Positions 1-15,171 of a DNA stretch of 64,000 nt are shown here, one piece after another (position 1 is the first letter of the stretch; every line of letters starts with the position of its first letter). The stretch lies in assembly GCF_009914755.1 (NCBI RefSeq), contig NC_060929.1; one strand, written 5' to 3'. The notes beneath the pieces are model-generated. The model searched no databases. It was not told where the DNA came from and saw only the letters and a list, made by a program, of their open reading frames with translations. Position numbers and translations under genes: made by a program. This stretch comes from the human T2T-CHM13v2.0 reference genome, Homo sapiens.

Positions 1-1574
1 TCAGCCTACCTATCCACTACTAAAATAATTCTTGGTTATGAACTTCACAAGGGAACACACTGTATTACTACTCTACTCAATAACATGAATTTCATTGTGT
101 ATCTTCTGGGGCAAGTGCTTCTTCCAAACAAATTAAACCATGCCACTCACACAATGTTCATCTATCTCATAAGTTTTTGCTATTCTCCTGTTGATTTTAC
201 ATTTAATGAGGGATAAATTCTATTTTCACAATCATAATCAAATAGTACCTAGAGAATAAAAGCTACTAAGACAAGACAACCCTCAATTCAATTAATAACT
301 AATCCCTCTCTTTTTCAGAGGTACATCAGTTGTTCCTCCAGGATTAAAACCCCTCCTGTTTTACAATAAAAAAGCAGACAGATGACAGGATCTCATTAAA
401 CATCTATTGTGCACCCACACAAAAAAAATTAAGTAGGCAGATGCTCTGATTATTTAAAGCAACACACAGAGTTTTAGGATGAAGTTTTATTTCTGAATTT
501 TAACTTATGCACAACTTGTAAAATGTTACTTCATTTATAAATAAAGCAGCACTAACTTGGTAACTTGGAATCACTGTATTTTTCTTCATAAAGAATAAAG
601 TCAGGATAACAGTTAGCTCTCTTTGTTTCTGAATAATGATTCAACATTAATTTAGATATTAGAAGCTCTCACATGCAAGTGTGTGTGCATGCACTCACAC
701 ACACTACTCTGAAGAGGTAGAATATGAGGAAATAAGATACACATACACAGAGAAGGAATATGTAACATTTAATTTTAACCTCAATGACAGGAGGAGGAGC
801 ACCAATAATCTAAAAAAAAAAAGAAATCCCAAAAGTTTTGGATTAGCTGCCTCTCTAGCTAAGTATATATTTTATTGCTAATCAATATGGCATGACCAAA
901 ATTATAGCAATGAAAATAGTCATAATTATCATCAAGTAATGAAAATAATATTTATGTGCTCAACAGTATTACTTATATATTCTGATTAAATCATGTGCTA
1001 TTGAAAGCAGGATGAAGTAGAGCTTATTTTATATCTTAGAATTCTTTTCCATCAATGTCAGTTTAGGAAATGAAAGTTATTAGAATTTCAATGTAATTAA
1101 TTCATTTGCAATTGGTGTCTATTTGGTTATGTATTTTTTCATAGATATAGTCTGAGAGACATTATCTGGTAACTTTTATCATGTCTCTGAGAAACCAATT
1201 TTCTGTAAGGCCTAATTTTTTTTCTTAAATAAATATGTATCTGCTCATGCATATACCAACTTCATGGATTCCAAACAATAAAAAAGTTAATTGTAAGGAT
1301 TGGACAGAATCTACATTTTAAATGCTATTTAAAACATTATCACACTGTAGTGGAGGAATCATAAACTGCAGAAGTTTTTCAACCATGCCACCACAAACTA
1401 CATCTCTACAAAATGTTTTGTACTTTTACTTTAAAGAACTAAAATTGGAAACAAAGAGTGGAGAATTATTTCTTCCCTTTCTCTTCCCTTCATCCTCATT
1501 CTAGCACCAGTCATACCTGACCATGATTTTTAAAGAGTATAAATTACTCCTCTTCTCAGAGGTAGAAATACACA

Positions 1575-2344
1575 GAAAAATACACAAAAACCAAATTCTG
1601 TCAAAATATATTTAAAGAGGTTTATTCAGAGCCAGTATAAGTGACCAAGGCCTGGGTTACACTATCTCAAGAGGTTCTGAAAGCGTGCCCAAGGCAACCG
1701 GGTTACACTTTGGTTTTATACATTCCAAGGAGACAACCAACTGCAGGTAATTGCACGTAGGTCAAGGTAGGAGCTTGTACGTCATAAGGGGCTTTTAGGG
1801 ATCCTTTAGTTGACAATTGGTTGAGAGAGTTATGCTATCGTCTAAAGTCTTGAAATCGATAGAAAGGAATGCCTGAGTTCAGATAAGAGTGGGGGAAAGA
1901 CCAAGGATCTTATTAAGTAGATGAAGCCTCATAGGTGGCCCTCAGAGAGAATAGATGGTAAATGTTTCTTTTCAGACCTTTAAAGGTATCAGACTCTCAA
2001 TCACTCCTAGGTCCTGGAAAGGCATAGAAAGGGGAAGCATGGCTGCATTAATGAAGATTCTCCATAGATGCAAATTTCCTCTACCTCAGTTTGCTGGCCT
2101 TGCAACAGCCATTTCAAAAGACATCAAAGAAATATATTTTAGGGCAAAATATTTTTATATCCTTCAGGGTCTGCTGTCTGTTATGTGATGCTGTACCAGA
2201 GTCAGGTTGGAAAGCAAGCCACATTATATAGGGTTAATAAAAAACCCATGTAAAGAGATGTTATCATTCGTAGGGCTGACTCCCAGTTTCTTTAAATAGG
2301 AATTTGGGCAAGATGAAAAAAAAAAAATCAGAATTTAGTCCTCA
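1575..2344 (-). mobile_element. ERV1 solo LTR, MER4 group (MER4D/E-like)
   Basis: Reverse complement starts TGAGGACTAAATTCTGATTTTTTT..CATCTTGCCCAAATTCCTAT, resembling the recalled MER4D/E start; left boundary approximate. Confidence 0.6.
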
Positions 2345-3527
2345 ACTCAAATATTTTATTCATTCAAACGCTTATTCAAACTACCGAATCCTCCAATAAC
2401 AGAAAGTATAGTGTCCATCCTGAAGACTTTCATCCCATCTCACAGCATGTTTTCTCCTAGTACACCCTGATTGTCCAAGGACTTCTGAGAACACCATTCC
2501 AGAAGAGGTCATGATCTCAACAACTGTCACAGAAAGAAAGAATACAGGAAGACAAGATGCGAAAGTTATGTCAGTGGCTTTCATTCATCACACCACTACG
2601 TACTGGTTCTCTAGTACTGTGCTGTTATGATCCTCCTGACTTTTACCCTGTGAATATCCTAGTGCTTTTATATCAGTCTCACATCCTCAACACGCTGGTT
2701 TCCATAAAAATGCAACCAAGTCAGATGGCTGTGATCTGGTGGGATTCTAGTTCCATTTGCAGCCTCCAAAGCAGTCTTTTACCTAAGAACACTCAGGCCT
2801 CCAAGGTTAAGATAACAGTATACTCCAATGCAAAATTCTCTACCTCCCTACTTCAGGTCCCAGGGACTCTCAACTGCCAGTCACTCTTTGAACAATAAGA
2901 ACAGACACTTAAATGATGATAACTAATGGCAGCAGCACTAATGTAAGAACGCTGGAACTATTAGTACTCTCATCTTCCAGATGAGAGAACTCAATAACAT
3001 GATTTACATAAACTGCCTGAAGATACAGTAGAATAATAATAATGAAATCCAGGCATTGTGGACCTGAATGCTGCTACCTAGCTACTCCTCTTTGTGGCTT
3101 CTCCATTGTCTTTTCCTGCCAGTTCAGTTCTAACAGGAATAAACAGACGCTATTCAAAAGCTTTTCAAGTCTGAATGAAGATGTACCTAGGGTTGGTGTT
3201 GATGAACTTTCCCTCACTCTTCCTTAAGGAAATTTGTTCTTTCCTGCCATTTGAGAGACATGTTCTTCCTCTTCTTCTTCAAAGAGCTAAAATGCACCTT
3301 TATTTGCATAATGAAGATAGTGCAGTGAAGTACTTTCTTGCATTGTCAAGGAAATGAGCTCCAAAGGAACTTCCTTTTAGCATAGAGAAAGCTGCTGTTT
3401 TTATTTACTTGCATTTTGCATATGAATATATTTTAATTTAGTTTCAACAGGTAACTGAATTAGAAAGTGAAATTATAAAGTCATTTCTCCAAGAAAGAAG
3501 GTAGAGCTTATAAATATTAGTAATCTT

Positions 3528-3806
3528 AGCTGGGCACGATGACTTATGCCTGTAATCCCAGCACTTTGGGAGGCTGATGCGGGCCAATCACCTGAGGTCA
3601 GGAGTTTGTGACCAGCCTGGCCAATATGGTGAAACCCTGTCTCTACTAAAAGTACAAAAATTAGTCTCTACTAAAAATACAAAAATTAGCCATATGTGGT
3701 GGCACGTGCCTGTAATCCCAATTACTTGGGAGGGTGAGGCAGAAATTGCAGTGAGCTGAGACTGCACCACTGCACTCCAGCTTGGTGAACAGAGTGAGAC
3801 TCCGCC

Positions 3807-3841
<35 letters not shown>
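3528..3841 (+). mobile_element. AluS with duplicated central linker
   Basis: Alu dimer with (TAAA)n tail; near-identical TSD aaatatta(g/a)taatctt; 25-bp linker repeated at 3639-3688. Confidence 0.9.
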
Positions 3842-3843
<2 letters not shown>

Positions 3844-4004
3844 ATATTAATAATCTTTTAAAGAAATGATTGTGGCTATTTCTAGGTCTAATGATACTTG
3901 CTTAATCGTATTGAAAACAATGTTATTTCTTTGAATGGCAATGGAATGTAAAATATTTAAAAACGCAATTTGACTTTTTTTACTTTTTAAAATTTATGTA
4001 GCTG

Positions 4005-4289
4005 GGCCGGGCACCCTGGCTCATGCCTGTAATCCCAGCACTTTGGGAGGCTGAGACTGGAGGATCACAAGGTCAGGAGATCGAGACCATCCTAGCTAAC
4101 ACGGTGAAACCCCGTCTCTACTAAAAACACAAAAAAATTAGCTGGGCGTGGTGGTGGGCACCTGTAGTACCAGCTACTCGGGAGGCTGAGGCAGGAGAAT
4201 GGCATGAACCTGGGAGGTGGAGCTTGCAGTGAGTTTGAGATTGCTCCACTGCACTCCAGCCTGGGTGACAGAGCGAGACTCTGTCTCAA

Positions 4290-4349
<60 letters not shown>

Positions 4350-4353
4350 AAAT
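4005..4353 (+). mobile_element. AluY with (AAT)n tail
   Basis: AluY-type gagatcgagaccatcctagctaacacggtg; TSD aaaatttatgtagctg on both sides. Confidence 0.9.
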
Positions 4354-5586
4354 AAAATTTATGTAGCTGATATATTACTATAACTTCACTTGCATTTTTA
4401 AATTATTTTACTGGTTCTCTCTTTTTACTTTTATCTTACCTATGCTGTATTTTAAGTTAGTTTTATATAGACAGAATTTTAAAAATTATTTATTTATGGG
4501 GTACAAATGCAATTTGGACAATATTGTTGGCCATGTTTTTTCGTTTTTGATTTTTGTTTTTTTAACTACTCTGCCAATCTATGTTTTTTAGTTGGTTTCT
4601 ATAGGCCTTTTATGTTTAACAATTTGTATGTTGTGGTTGAAGTCTACCACTTTGTTATTTGTTTCTGTTTCTTATTCCTCTGTGTCTTTTTCTTGCTTTC
4701 CAATGGGTTACATAAACATGTTAAGTTTCCATCTTAATTTATTTATAGTGTTTTAAATACAATGTTGCATCACTTAATGACAAAAATTACATTCTGAGAA
4801 ATGCATTAGGCAATTTCTTCACTGTGTAACATCATATAGTGTATTCTATGTGTAAATAGAGATAGCATAACCTACTACTCACCCTAGGTTATGTGGTACA
4901 GCCTATTGATCCTAGGCTACAAACCTAAACAGCATGTTACTGTGCTGAATACTGTAGGCATTTGCAACACAACGGTAAATATTTGTGTATCTAAACATAA
5001 AAAAAAGGTACAGTAAAAAATCCAGTCAAAACATCAAAAATGGTATACCTGATTAGGGCACTTACTATAAATGAAGTTTGCAGGGCTAGGAGTTGCTCTG
5101 GGAGAGTTAGTAAGTGGTGAGTGAGCGTAAATGCCTAGGGCATCATTGTACAAAACTGTAGACTTTATAAACACTGAATTTATAAAATTTATAAAGAAAC
5201 TTATTTCTTTCAAAATACATTAAACTTATCCTACAGTAACTTTTTTACTTTATAAACTTTTTAACTTATTTTTAACTTTTTGACTCTTTTGTAACAACAC
5301 TTAGCTTAAAACGCATATTGTACACAGAAATACTTTATTTCCTTATATCCTTATTCTCTAAGATTTTTTTGTAATTTTACATCTTTTAATTTTTAATTTT
5401 TTTGTTGTTGTTGTTAAAAACAAAGACACAAATGCACATACTAGCGTAGGCCTACACAGGGTCAGTATGATCAACATCACTGTTTTCTACCTCCAGATCT
5501 TGTCCCACTGGAAGCTCCTCTAGGCCAATAATGCATATGGATCTGTCGACATCTATGATAACAATGCCCTCTGAAATGCCTCGTGA

Positions 5587-5881
<295 letters not shown>

Positions 5882-5995
5882 TATTTCTTTTAATAAGTAG
5901 AAGGTGTACACTACAATAACAATAAAAAATATGGTGTAGTAAATACACAAAAATGTAATATATTTGTTTATTATTATTACTAAGTAAAATGTACT

Positions 5996-8244
5996 TGTAT
6001 TAGTCCATTCTCACACTACTATAAAGACACTACCCGAGATTGGGTAATTCATAAAGGAAAGAGGTTTAATTGAGTCACAGTTCTGCATGGCTGAGGAGGC
6101 CTCATGGAACTTACAATCATGGTGAAATGGGAAGCAGTCATCTTCTTCACAAGACAACAGGAGAGAGAAGGATTGTGTGTAGGAGGAGCTGTGAAACACT
6201 TAACAAAACCATCAGATCTCCTGAGAACTCACTCACTATCGTAAGAACAGTATGGCGGAAACCGCCCACATGATCCAATCACCTTCCACCAGATCCTGCC
6301 CTCAACACATGGGTATTATGAAGATTACAATTCAAGATGAGATTTGGGTGGGGATATAGAGCCAAACCATATCATTCCACCCCTGGCCCCTCCCAGATCT
6401 CACATATTTTTTACATTTCCAACCCAACATCATGCCTTCCTAACAGTCCCCCAGAGTCTTAAATCATTTCAGCAGTAACTCAACAGCCCACAGTTCAAAG
6501 TCTCATCTGAGACAAGGCAAGACGTTTTGGCCTATAAGCCTGTAAAATCAAAAGCAAGTTAGTTACTTCCTAGATACCATGAGGGTACAAGAATTGGATA
6601 AATGCTCCCATTCCAAATGGGAGAAATTAGTCAAAACAAAGGGGATGCAGGCCCCATGAAAGTCTGAAACCCAGCAGGGCAGTCATTAAAACTTAAAGCT
6701 TTAAAATAATCTCCTTGTCTCCATGTTTCACATCCAGGGCATGTTAATGCAAGGGGTGGGCTCCCATGGCCTTGGGCAGTTCCTTCACAGGCTGGCATTG
6801 AGTGTCTGTGGCTTTTCCAGGTGCACAGTACAAGCTGTTGGTGGATCTTCCATTCAGGGGTCTGGAGAACAGTGGCCCTCTTCTCATAGCTTCACTAGGC
6901 AGTGCCCCAGTGGGGACTCTGTGTGGGAGCTTCAACCCCACATTTCCCTTCTGCACTACCCTAGCAGAGGTTCTCCATGATGGCTCCACCCCTGCAACCA
7001 ATCTCGGCCTGGACATCCAGGCATTTCCATACAACCTATGAAATCTAGGCAGAGGTTTCCACACCTGAATTCTTGACTTCTGTGTACCCTCAGGCCCAAC
7101 ACCATATGGAATCCTCCAAGGCTTGGGGCTTGCACCCTCTGAATCAACAGATGAGCTGTACATTGGCTCCTTTTAGCCACGGCTGGAGCTGGAGTAGCAG
7201 CAGCTGGGACACAGGGCACCAAGTCCTGAGGTTGCCCAGAGCAACGGGGCCCTAGGCCCAGCCCATGAAACCATTTTTCCCTCAGAGGCTGCTGGGTCTG
7301 TGATGAGAAGGGCTGCCATGGAAGTCTCTGATACGCCCAAGAAAAATTTTACCATTGTTTTGGCTACTGTAATAACATTTGGCTTCTTGTTATTTAGGCA
7401 AATTTCTGTAGCCAGCTTGAATTCCTCCCCTGAAAAATGGGTTTTTCTTTTCTACTGCATGGTCAGGCTGCAAATTTTCCAAACTTTTATGCCCTGCTTC
7501 CATTTTAAACATAAGTTCCAATTTGAGATAATGTTTCTCAAATTAAAAGTTCCACAGATCTCTAGGACAGGGGCAAAATGCTTCCAGTCTCTTTGCTAAG
7601 GCAGAGTAACAGTGATCTTTGGGCTCTAGTTCCTAATGAGTTCTTGTCCATCCAAGACCACCTCAGCTTGGACTTCACTGTCTATATCACTATCAGCATT
7701 TTGGTCAAAACCATTCCACAGGTCCCTAGGAAGTTTCAAACTTTCTCACAACTTCCTGTCTTCTTCTGAGCCCTCCAAACACTTCCAACCTCTGCCCGAT
7801 ACCCAGTTCTAAAGTCACTTCCTCATTTTCAGTATCTTTATAGCAGTGCCCCACTCCCAGTACCAATTTACTCTATTAGTCTGTTCTCACACTGCTATAA
7901 AGATACTACCCAAGACAGGGTAATTTATAAAGGAAAGAGGGTTAATTGACTCATAGTTCTGCATGGCTGGAGAGGCCTCAGAAAACTTACAATCATGGTG
8001 GAATAAAAGCAGTTGGCTTCTTCAAAAGGCAACAGGAGAGAATGAGTGTGTCTAGGAGAAATTTTCAAACACTTTTAAAACCATCGGATCTCATGAAAAC
8101 TTACTCACTATCATGAGAACAGCATGAGGGAAACTGCCTCCAGGATCCAATCACTTCCCACCGGGTCTTGCCCTTGACACGGGAGGATCATGAGGATTAC
8201 AATTCAAGATGAGATTTGGGTGGGGACACAGCCAAACAATATCA
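5996..8244 (-). mobile_element. Full-length THE1/MST-type MaLR element (LTR 5996-6373, internal, LTR ~7872-8244)
   Basis: Two similar LTRs ending ..gccaaac(c/a)atatca flank THE1-int-like sequence; exact 5-bp TSD GTACT at 5991-5995 and 8245-8249. Confidence 0.9.
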
Positions 8245-8559
8245 GTACTAGACAGAATTTTATGTGCTACACTTTTATATAACTGGCAATGAAGTAGGTT
8301 TGTTTACACCATCATTGCCACAAACAGGTGAGAAATATGTTAGACTATGATGTTAAGACAGCTCAGCTGCAATGTCACTAGGTAATATTCATCTCCATTA
8401 TAATCTTATGGGACCACCATGATATATGCAGTCTATTGCTGAGCAAAACATCGTTATGCAGTGCATGATTGTACATGATTTTGTTTGGTTTTATTAATTG
8501 CACTGGTTAAAATAATATATGTGTAATGTCAAGATCTACTGTTACTGATGTTTTACCTC

Positions 8560-9629
8560 TTTGAGTGAAGTGTAGAAAACTTGTTTCCATATGAGTCTCT
8601 TTACTATCACTACTTTTTAGATATAATTATCTTAAATACTTCCTCTATGTTCCTTGAGCATCTAACCAGATAGGTCATTAATTTTTGCTTCAACTATTAG
8701 AAATGGCTTAAAAACTTAAGAGAAGTTTGATTATACATTATATTTATGCTTAATTTTACCCACTTAGATGGATGTTTGTAAAAGCTGCAAACCTTCTTCT
8801 TTTATCATTTCTTTTCTGTTTAGAGAACTTATTCTTTAAAGGTAAGTTTGTTAGCAACACATTACCTTAGCATTCTTTCATTAGACAATGTTTTCTATGT
8901 CACTTTAATGCCTGAAGAATATTATTGCTGGGTATTGAATTTACAGTTCACAGTTCTGTTCTTTCAGTACTTCAAAAATATTATCTGTTTCCTTCCAACC
9001 TTCATGGTTTCAGATGGAAAATCTGCTGTGGTTTACATTATTGTTTTTCTGTAAGAAATGTGCCATTTTTCTCTGTTTGCTTTCAAGATTTTTAATTTTT
9101 TTTTTTCATTTCCAGAAATTGAATGTATTTGGGTGTATTCTATTTAGGGTTTGCTCTGTTTCTTGAATATTTAGGTTTATGTCTTCCATCTAATTTGGGA
9201 AGGTTGAAGTCATTATTTTTTAATAGTTTTTTAGTCCCACATTCTATCTCCTCGTCTTCTATATCTCCTGTGATTATGAATGTTAGCTCTTTTATTATTG
9301 TTCTAAAGTTTCCTGAAATGCTGTTAAATTTTTTTTTATCGGTTTTCTTCTTCTTGTTCAGACAGTAAATTCTGTTGGCATGTTTTCAGATTCACTGATT
9401 CCATCTTCTGCTCTGTGCTCTCTTCTTTTGTGACCATCCTCTGCATCTATTATTTCCATTATTGTATTTTAATTTTATTTAGTTCATGTTTACTTTTTAT
9501 AACTTATAAGTCATTATTGAATTTATTTTTAATTTTAACTTTTATTTGTTCCAAGAGAATACAATATATAATTGCTTATTTAAACACTTTTATGATGGTT
9601 TCTTCAAAATCCTTGTTAGATAATTCCAA

Positions 9630-9630
<1 letters not shown>
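8560..9630 (-). mobile_element. Old L1M fragment
   Basis: T-rich degenerate antisense L1-like motifs (ttcagtacttcaaaaatatt, aaatctgctgt, ttgctttcaagatt). Confidence 0.45.
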
Positions 9631-10012
<382 letters not shown>

Positions 10013-10542
10013 TAGTTCTTTTGTCTTATAAGTGATTTTTATTGTGTCCTGAATTTTTTTTTATATTATGAGAATTTTTCTTATTATTTCGTAGATGGTT
10101 CCCTATTGATGTGTAACCTGAGAGCTGGGTGGGTGTGCGTGTTTATCTTCCTGATGGGACCTACTAATACCATCCTACCAAAAGTAGAGTACTAACTTAT
10201 ACTTCCTTCTTGCAGACTGGTTAGGTGGAAGTTTGTCTTCTCCCTCCACCCACTGGCAACCTCATGGCAAAAGTAGGGTACTGAGTTACATATCTTTGTT
10301 TCCTCCAAGTGAAAAAATAACCTCACTTCCCTGATGTGGTCCACTGACACCAGGGAGGGGGTGAGTAGGGGCCAACTCATACCACTTGGTTGCTTCCAAG
10401 GAGTAGGAGTGGGGAGAAGCTGTGTAAGAACAGAACTGATCATTAAAGACCCTATTATAAATTCTTGCTTTTATAGTACTTATTCTCGTGGCTTAAATAT
10501 TCCACACCAATTAATCACCACGGAATATATGAGACATTATAT

Positions 10543-10849
10543 TAATTATTAAATTTTACATGGCAACACTAACAATATTAACTCCCATTTTCTATCTCTT
10601 TAATTGAGGTCATTCTTTAGAAGTTTAAGTATAATCCATTCTTCTCTCCTACACGACTGAGTGAAATAGCATGTAGCAGCAACATATAGTACCAGTATGT
10701 AATCCTAATGCAATGGCACACCCCAGATGACCCTTTTGTGTATTGGGATTGACCATGGTTTTTCAGTTTAATCAAAGTTTAATTGATTAAACTCGGGGTT
10801 CACATTTTCTTTCTACACACCAATATTGAAGAGAAGTACTACAAAATAC
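10543..10849 (+). repeat. Local direct duplication, copy 1 (~307 bp)
   Basis: Aligns end to end with 11370-11651 (taattattaaattttacatgg...gaagagaagt.ctacaaaatac). Confidence 0.9.
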
Positions 10850-11369
10850 ATAGGAGCACTAAACTGGTAGTAATAAGAAAAACATAAAATATTTAAGATA
10901 ATGTGTTGCTTTTATTTCTAATATTAGCTACTGATACAATCAAAGCACTGCGGCTCAGTTTTCTCTTTTGTAAGAGGACAAGTTTGTATTAGTTAATCTT
11001 TAAATGTCTCTACAATCTGATTCTGAGATTGTGAATAAATAGATCTAAATACTGTTATAGGTATATAAATACAGATATAAATGCAGGTATGGGTAAAATT
11101 ATGGCTATGGGTCCCAGCCTTAAATTCTTATTTTTTTATAACTAATTGATGTTCAGGGATAGATTTATGTGATCTGCTCATTTGCAGGGGCCCATCACTT
11201 GGCTAATTCTTTGGTGTCATTCGTGTCAAGTTTTAAATAATTTTTGAGGAAGATGTCCTATATTTTAATTTTGCACTGAACACTGCAAATTTTGTAGCTG
11301 TTCCTGTTAATTTGTTAATGAAATTTCTCTTTAGAAACTATTAAATTAATAAGACAATAATTAAGCAAA

Positions 11370-11651
11370 TAATTATTAAATTTTACATGGTAACACTAGC
11401 AATATTAACTCCCATTTTCTATCACTTTAATTCAGGCCATCCTTTAGAGGTTTAAGTATAATCCATTCTTATGTCCTACACAACTGAGTGTGTAGTACCA
11501 GTACGTAATCCTAATGTAATGGCACACCCCAGATGACCTTTTTGTGTGTTGGCATGGTTTTTCAGTTTAAGCAAAAGTTTAATTGATTGAAACTTGAAGT
11601 TCACATTTTTTTTTCTACACACCAATATTGAAGAGAAGTCCTACAAAATAC
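11370..11651 (+). repeat. Local direct duplication, copy 2 (~282 bp)
   Basis: Diverged copy of 10543-10849 with internal deletions. Confidence 0.9.
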
Positions 11652-11823
11652 TTATTCTATGGAAAAAAACAAAGTCCACTTTAGATCTAAAATGGTTGCA
11701 TAAAATTTTGAGAATAACTTAAATGTTATATGAATGTAAGTAAAAATTTTACTGTAAACTTTGTAAATGCTAACTATAAACAGAAAACAAGTATATCTTA
11801 TATAAAGAAATGTGTAGACTCTC

Positions 11824-12190
11824 TGTATTAATCCATTTTCACATTGCTATAAAGAATACCCGAGACAGGGTAATTTACAAAGGAAAGAGGCTTAATTGAC
11901 TCACAGTTCTGCACGGCTGGGGAGGCCTCAGGGAACTTACAATCATGGTGGAAGGGGAAGCAGGCACGTCTTACATGGCAGCAGGGGAGAGAGAGCATGT
12001 GAAGGAGGCACTGTCAAACACTTGTAAAACCATCAGATCTCATGAGAACTCATTCACTATCATGAGAACATCTAGGGGAAACTGTGCCCATGATCCAATC
12101 ACCTCCCAACAGGCCCCTCAACACATGGGCATTATGGGAATTACGATTCAAGATGAGATTTGGGTGACAGCACAGAGCCAAACCATATCA
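11824..12190 (-). mobile_element. THE1D/MSTA-type solo LTR
   Basis: tgtattaatccattttcac...gccaaaccatatca; 5-bp TSD CTCTC at 11819-11823 and 12191-12195. Confidence 0.88.
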
Positions 12191-12713
12191 CTCTCTGTGC
12201 CTTGTATTTCTCATACTAGTCAATGCCAAGTCATTAAAAGTTATCTGGAGATATAACATTTTTGGGGGATTATATATTGCCACTACTGTTATATTTTTGT
12301 CAGGATAATGTAGCAATTCCCAAATAAATCATACTTAAACCTCCACAGAAAAGATAAATAGAAATGAGAATTCCATTGCCAGCACTGCTTTGAAAAACGT
12401 TTCAGAACTTTGAATATATATACTCATAAACACACACACATACACAGATATATATTTCTGCATGTGTATATACATATATGGATACATATGTTCTTAAACT
12501 TTCTTTTAACAGAAAAATTAAAATAGAAGGAAAATAATAGAGCACTAGTTATATAACTAGTATTATATAAATAATGTTATGTAACTAGTTATATAATTAA
12601 AAATATAAGAACCTAGGTGAGAATGAGAAAGTCTAGATTTAGATTTACTACTTTTCCTAATACACACCCACACACATATATGTATGTGTGTGTGTGCGTG
12701 TGTGTGTGTGTGT

Positions 12714-13157
12714 GTACTGTATTTGTCTCATAGTGGCTGGAGCACATTACTACCAACTTAGTGGATTAAAACACCACAAATCTACTATCTTACAGTTCTG
12801 CAAGTAAAGACTAAAATAGAGTCACATAGGTGAAAATCAAGAGCTTCTACTCTCTTGAGGCTGCTTGGATTCTTGGCTATAACCCCTTTCTCCATCTTGA
12901 AATTCTGTCACTCCAACCTCTGCTTTCATAACACATCTCCCATCTCCTTCCTAACTCGAAGGCATCTTCTCAGTCTTACAAGAACTCCACTTGGGTTCAC
13001 ATTTGGAACACCCAAATAACCCATCTTAATATTCTCATCTCTAGATCCTTAAATAATTGCTTCTACAATGTCCTTTTTGTCATGGAAGGTGACATTTTCA
13101 CAGGTTCCAGAAATTAGGACGTCGACATTTTAGTAAGCCATTATTCTGTCTACCACA
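12714..13157 (-). mobile_element. MLT1-family LTR
   Basis: taccaacttagtggattaaaacaccacaaat..cttacagttctg and terminal ccattattctgtctaccaca. Confidence 0.65.
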
Positions 13158-14214
13158 GTGGCCTTGAATAGAAATCCTTCAGTTTTCATATACAGAAACA
13201 AAACGTTCTTCCAAATGAGGAAGCTAGATTGGGAAAAAAAAAAGTCAGCCACACAGGTCTCCCCATTAAAACTTAAAGATGGTTACATATTTTATTCTGA
13301 GTTAAAATGGAGAGTCTTCCTATATAACTCTCTTTCCACTGTATGATTTATCACTTAATAGCTCTCCCTTTCCGTTGTATGATTTGTCACTTAATATCTC
13401 TCTCTTACTTGAAGTCAGAGAACAGCAAACAGTTTGCAAAATATATAAATAGTCTATAAGTTGTGGTCCAAATAGTTCTTAGAATCCAGCTACATCTAAG
13501 TACACAATTACTTATTTAAGCTTGATTCAGTGAAACAGATTTTCAGTTGAGTTTCTTAATTGGAATGACCAGTCACATTTTTCAAATTTGGCTTTATGCA
13601 TAAATTGACAAATTATTTATAATTTGAAACATCTGGGCTCATTTTTTAAAAACAACTCATAAAATAAGAAATCATTTTATTGGTTCAAGCACGCATGCTA
13701 TTAAATGACTCATCTTAATTTTTATCTTTTCATAAATGTTGAAAAATCTCAAGAAACCGTTATGTTGTCCTAAAAATGGGCAAGCAAGGTTAATTTGTTT
13801 TTGATGTTTAGATAGTTAGGTTATTTCTCATTTTTCTTTTAGGGATTACGTTGCTATCCTAAAGCTTGACATTGGTTAGAGTCAGCCAATGTCAAATTTT
13901 TACCTATAGATAGTCTTAGAAAGGTATTGCAAATTAGTGCTGCTTCTAGTAGCTAAAATAACCTGCAGCTAGCTGGCAGGCAGCAGTGAATATTTTAAAA
14001 GGTGTACCAAATTACATTTAGATTTTCAGTTCCTTTTGAAGTGAAAAGAATATTCAAAGCTTGGAAGTCTTTGACTCTCATAAGCCTAGTAGATTTCAAG
14101 TATAAACATAGATTTAAAGATAGTTTACAGACAAATTGTGGATTTTATGTTATAATCTCAGATTAATGATTTTTTCCTTTTTGTGATTTTTTTCCCAAAG
14201 TAATTGTAAAGGAC

Positions 14215-14245
<31 letters not shown>

Positions 14246-14340
14246 AACAGAGAGAAAGAAACAGAGATAGAGACATTGTCCAAATGTACACGTAAGATTT
14301 TCTGTGACAATTACACATGGATTATCTAGTAACAAGTTGA

Positions 14341-14442
14341 ACTACATGAAGCAATTGTATATCATCAGATATATACTATATGAAACAACTGTGTATAATC
14401 AGATTTATACTACATGAAGCAACTATATATAATCAGATTTAC
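14341..14442 (+). repeat. Minisatellite, 3 x 34 bp
   Basis: ACTACATGAAGCAA(T/C)TGTATAT(C/A)ATCAGAT(A/T)TAT-like units start at 14341, 14375 and 14409. Confidence 0.85.
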
Positions 14443-14845
14443 ACCACTTTCTGAAGAAAACTACAATTAATTGGATACTAAAATGGTTTCTGAAAGCCTA
14501 ATTATTCTCAAGTCCATATGTGTGTTTGGTGGGATGGCAGTGAGTTTTTGGAACAAGCTTAACTGTTTTTTGAAATAGTTGTGAACTTCACAAGTTAGAT
14601 GAAATACATGTCACAAGAAATTTTCCATGTGGAGACAATTTAGTAGTATTTCCACATTTATGTTCAATAAGTGTAAATTATAAAATGATATTTTTGCTCA
14701 AAAATAAATGAAAATAACACATTTGAAACAAAAGTAGACTCACCCACCCTCCAGAATGATATCCAAAGACCAAAGGAAGTTTGGCCTTTTTTAGGTATTT
14801 GAGACTTGCTTTCAGTAAATCATATCATCATATTTATTTCTATAA

Positions 14846-15171
<326 letters not shown>

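Noticed and set aside
6723-7769. Cluster of overlapping ORFs (also 59256-60697 and 23097-25249)
   Set aside because: Fragmented MaLR internal sequence with no intact retroviral ORF
14341-14442. 34-bp repeats of CRISPR-like length
   Set aside because: Head-to-tail with no spacers, degenerate, and in primate DNA: a minisatellite
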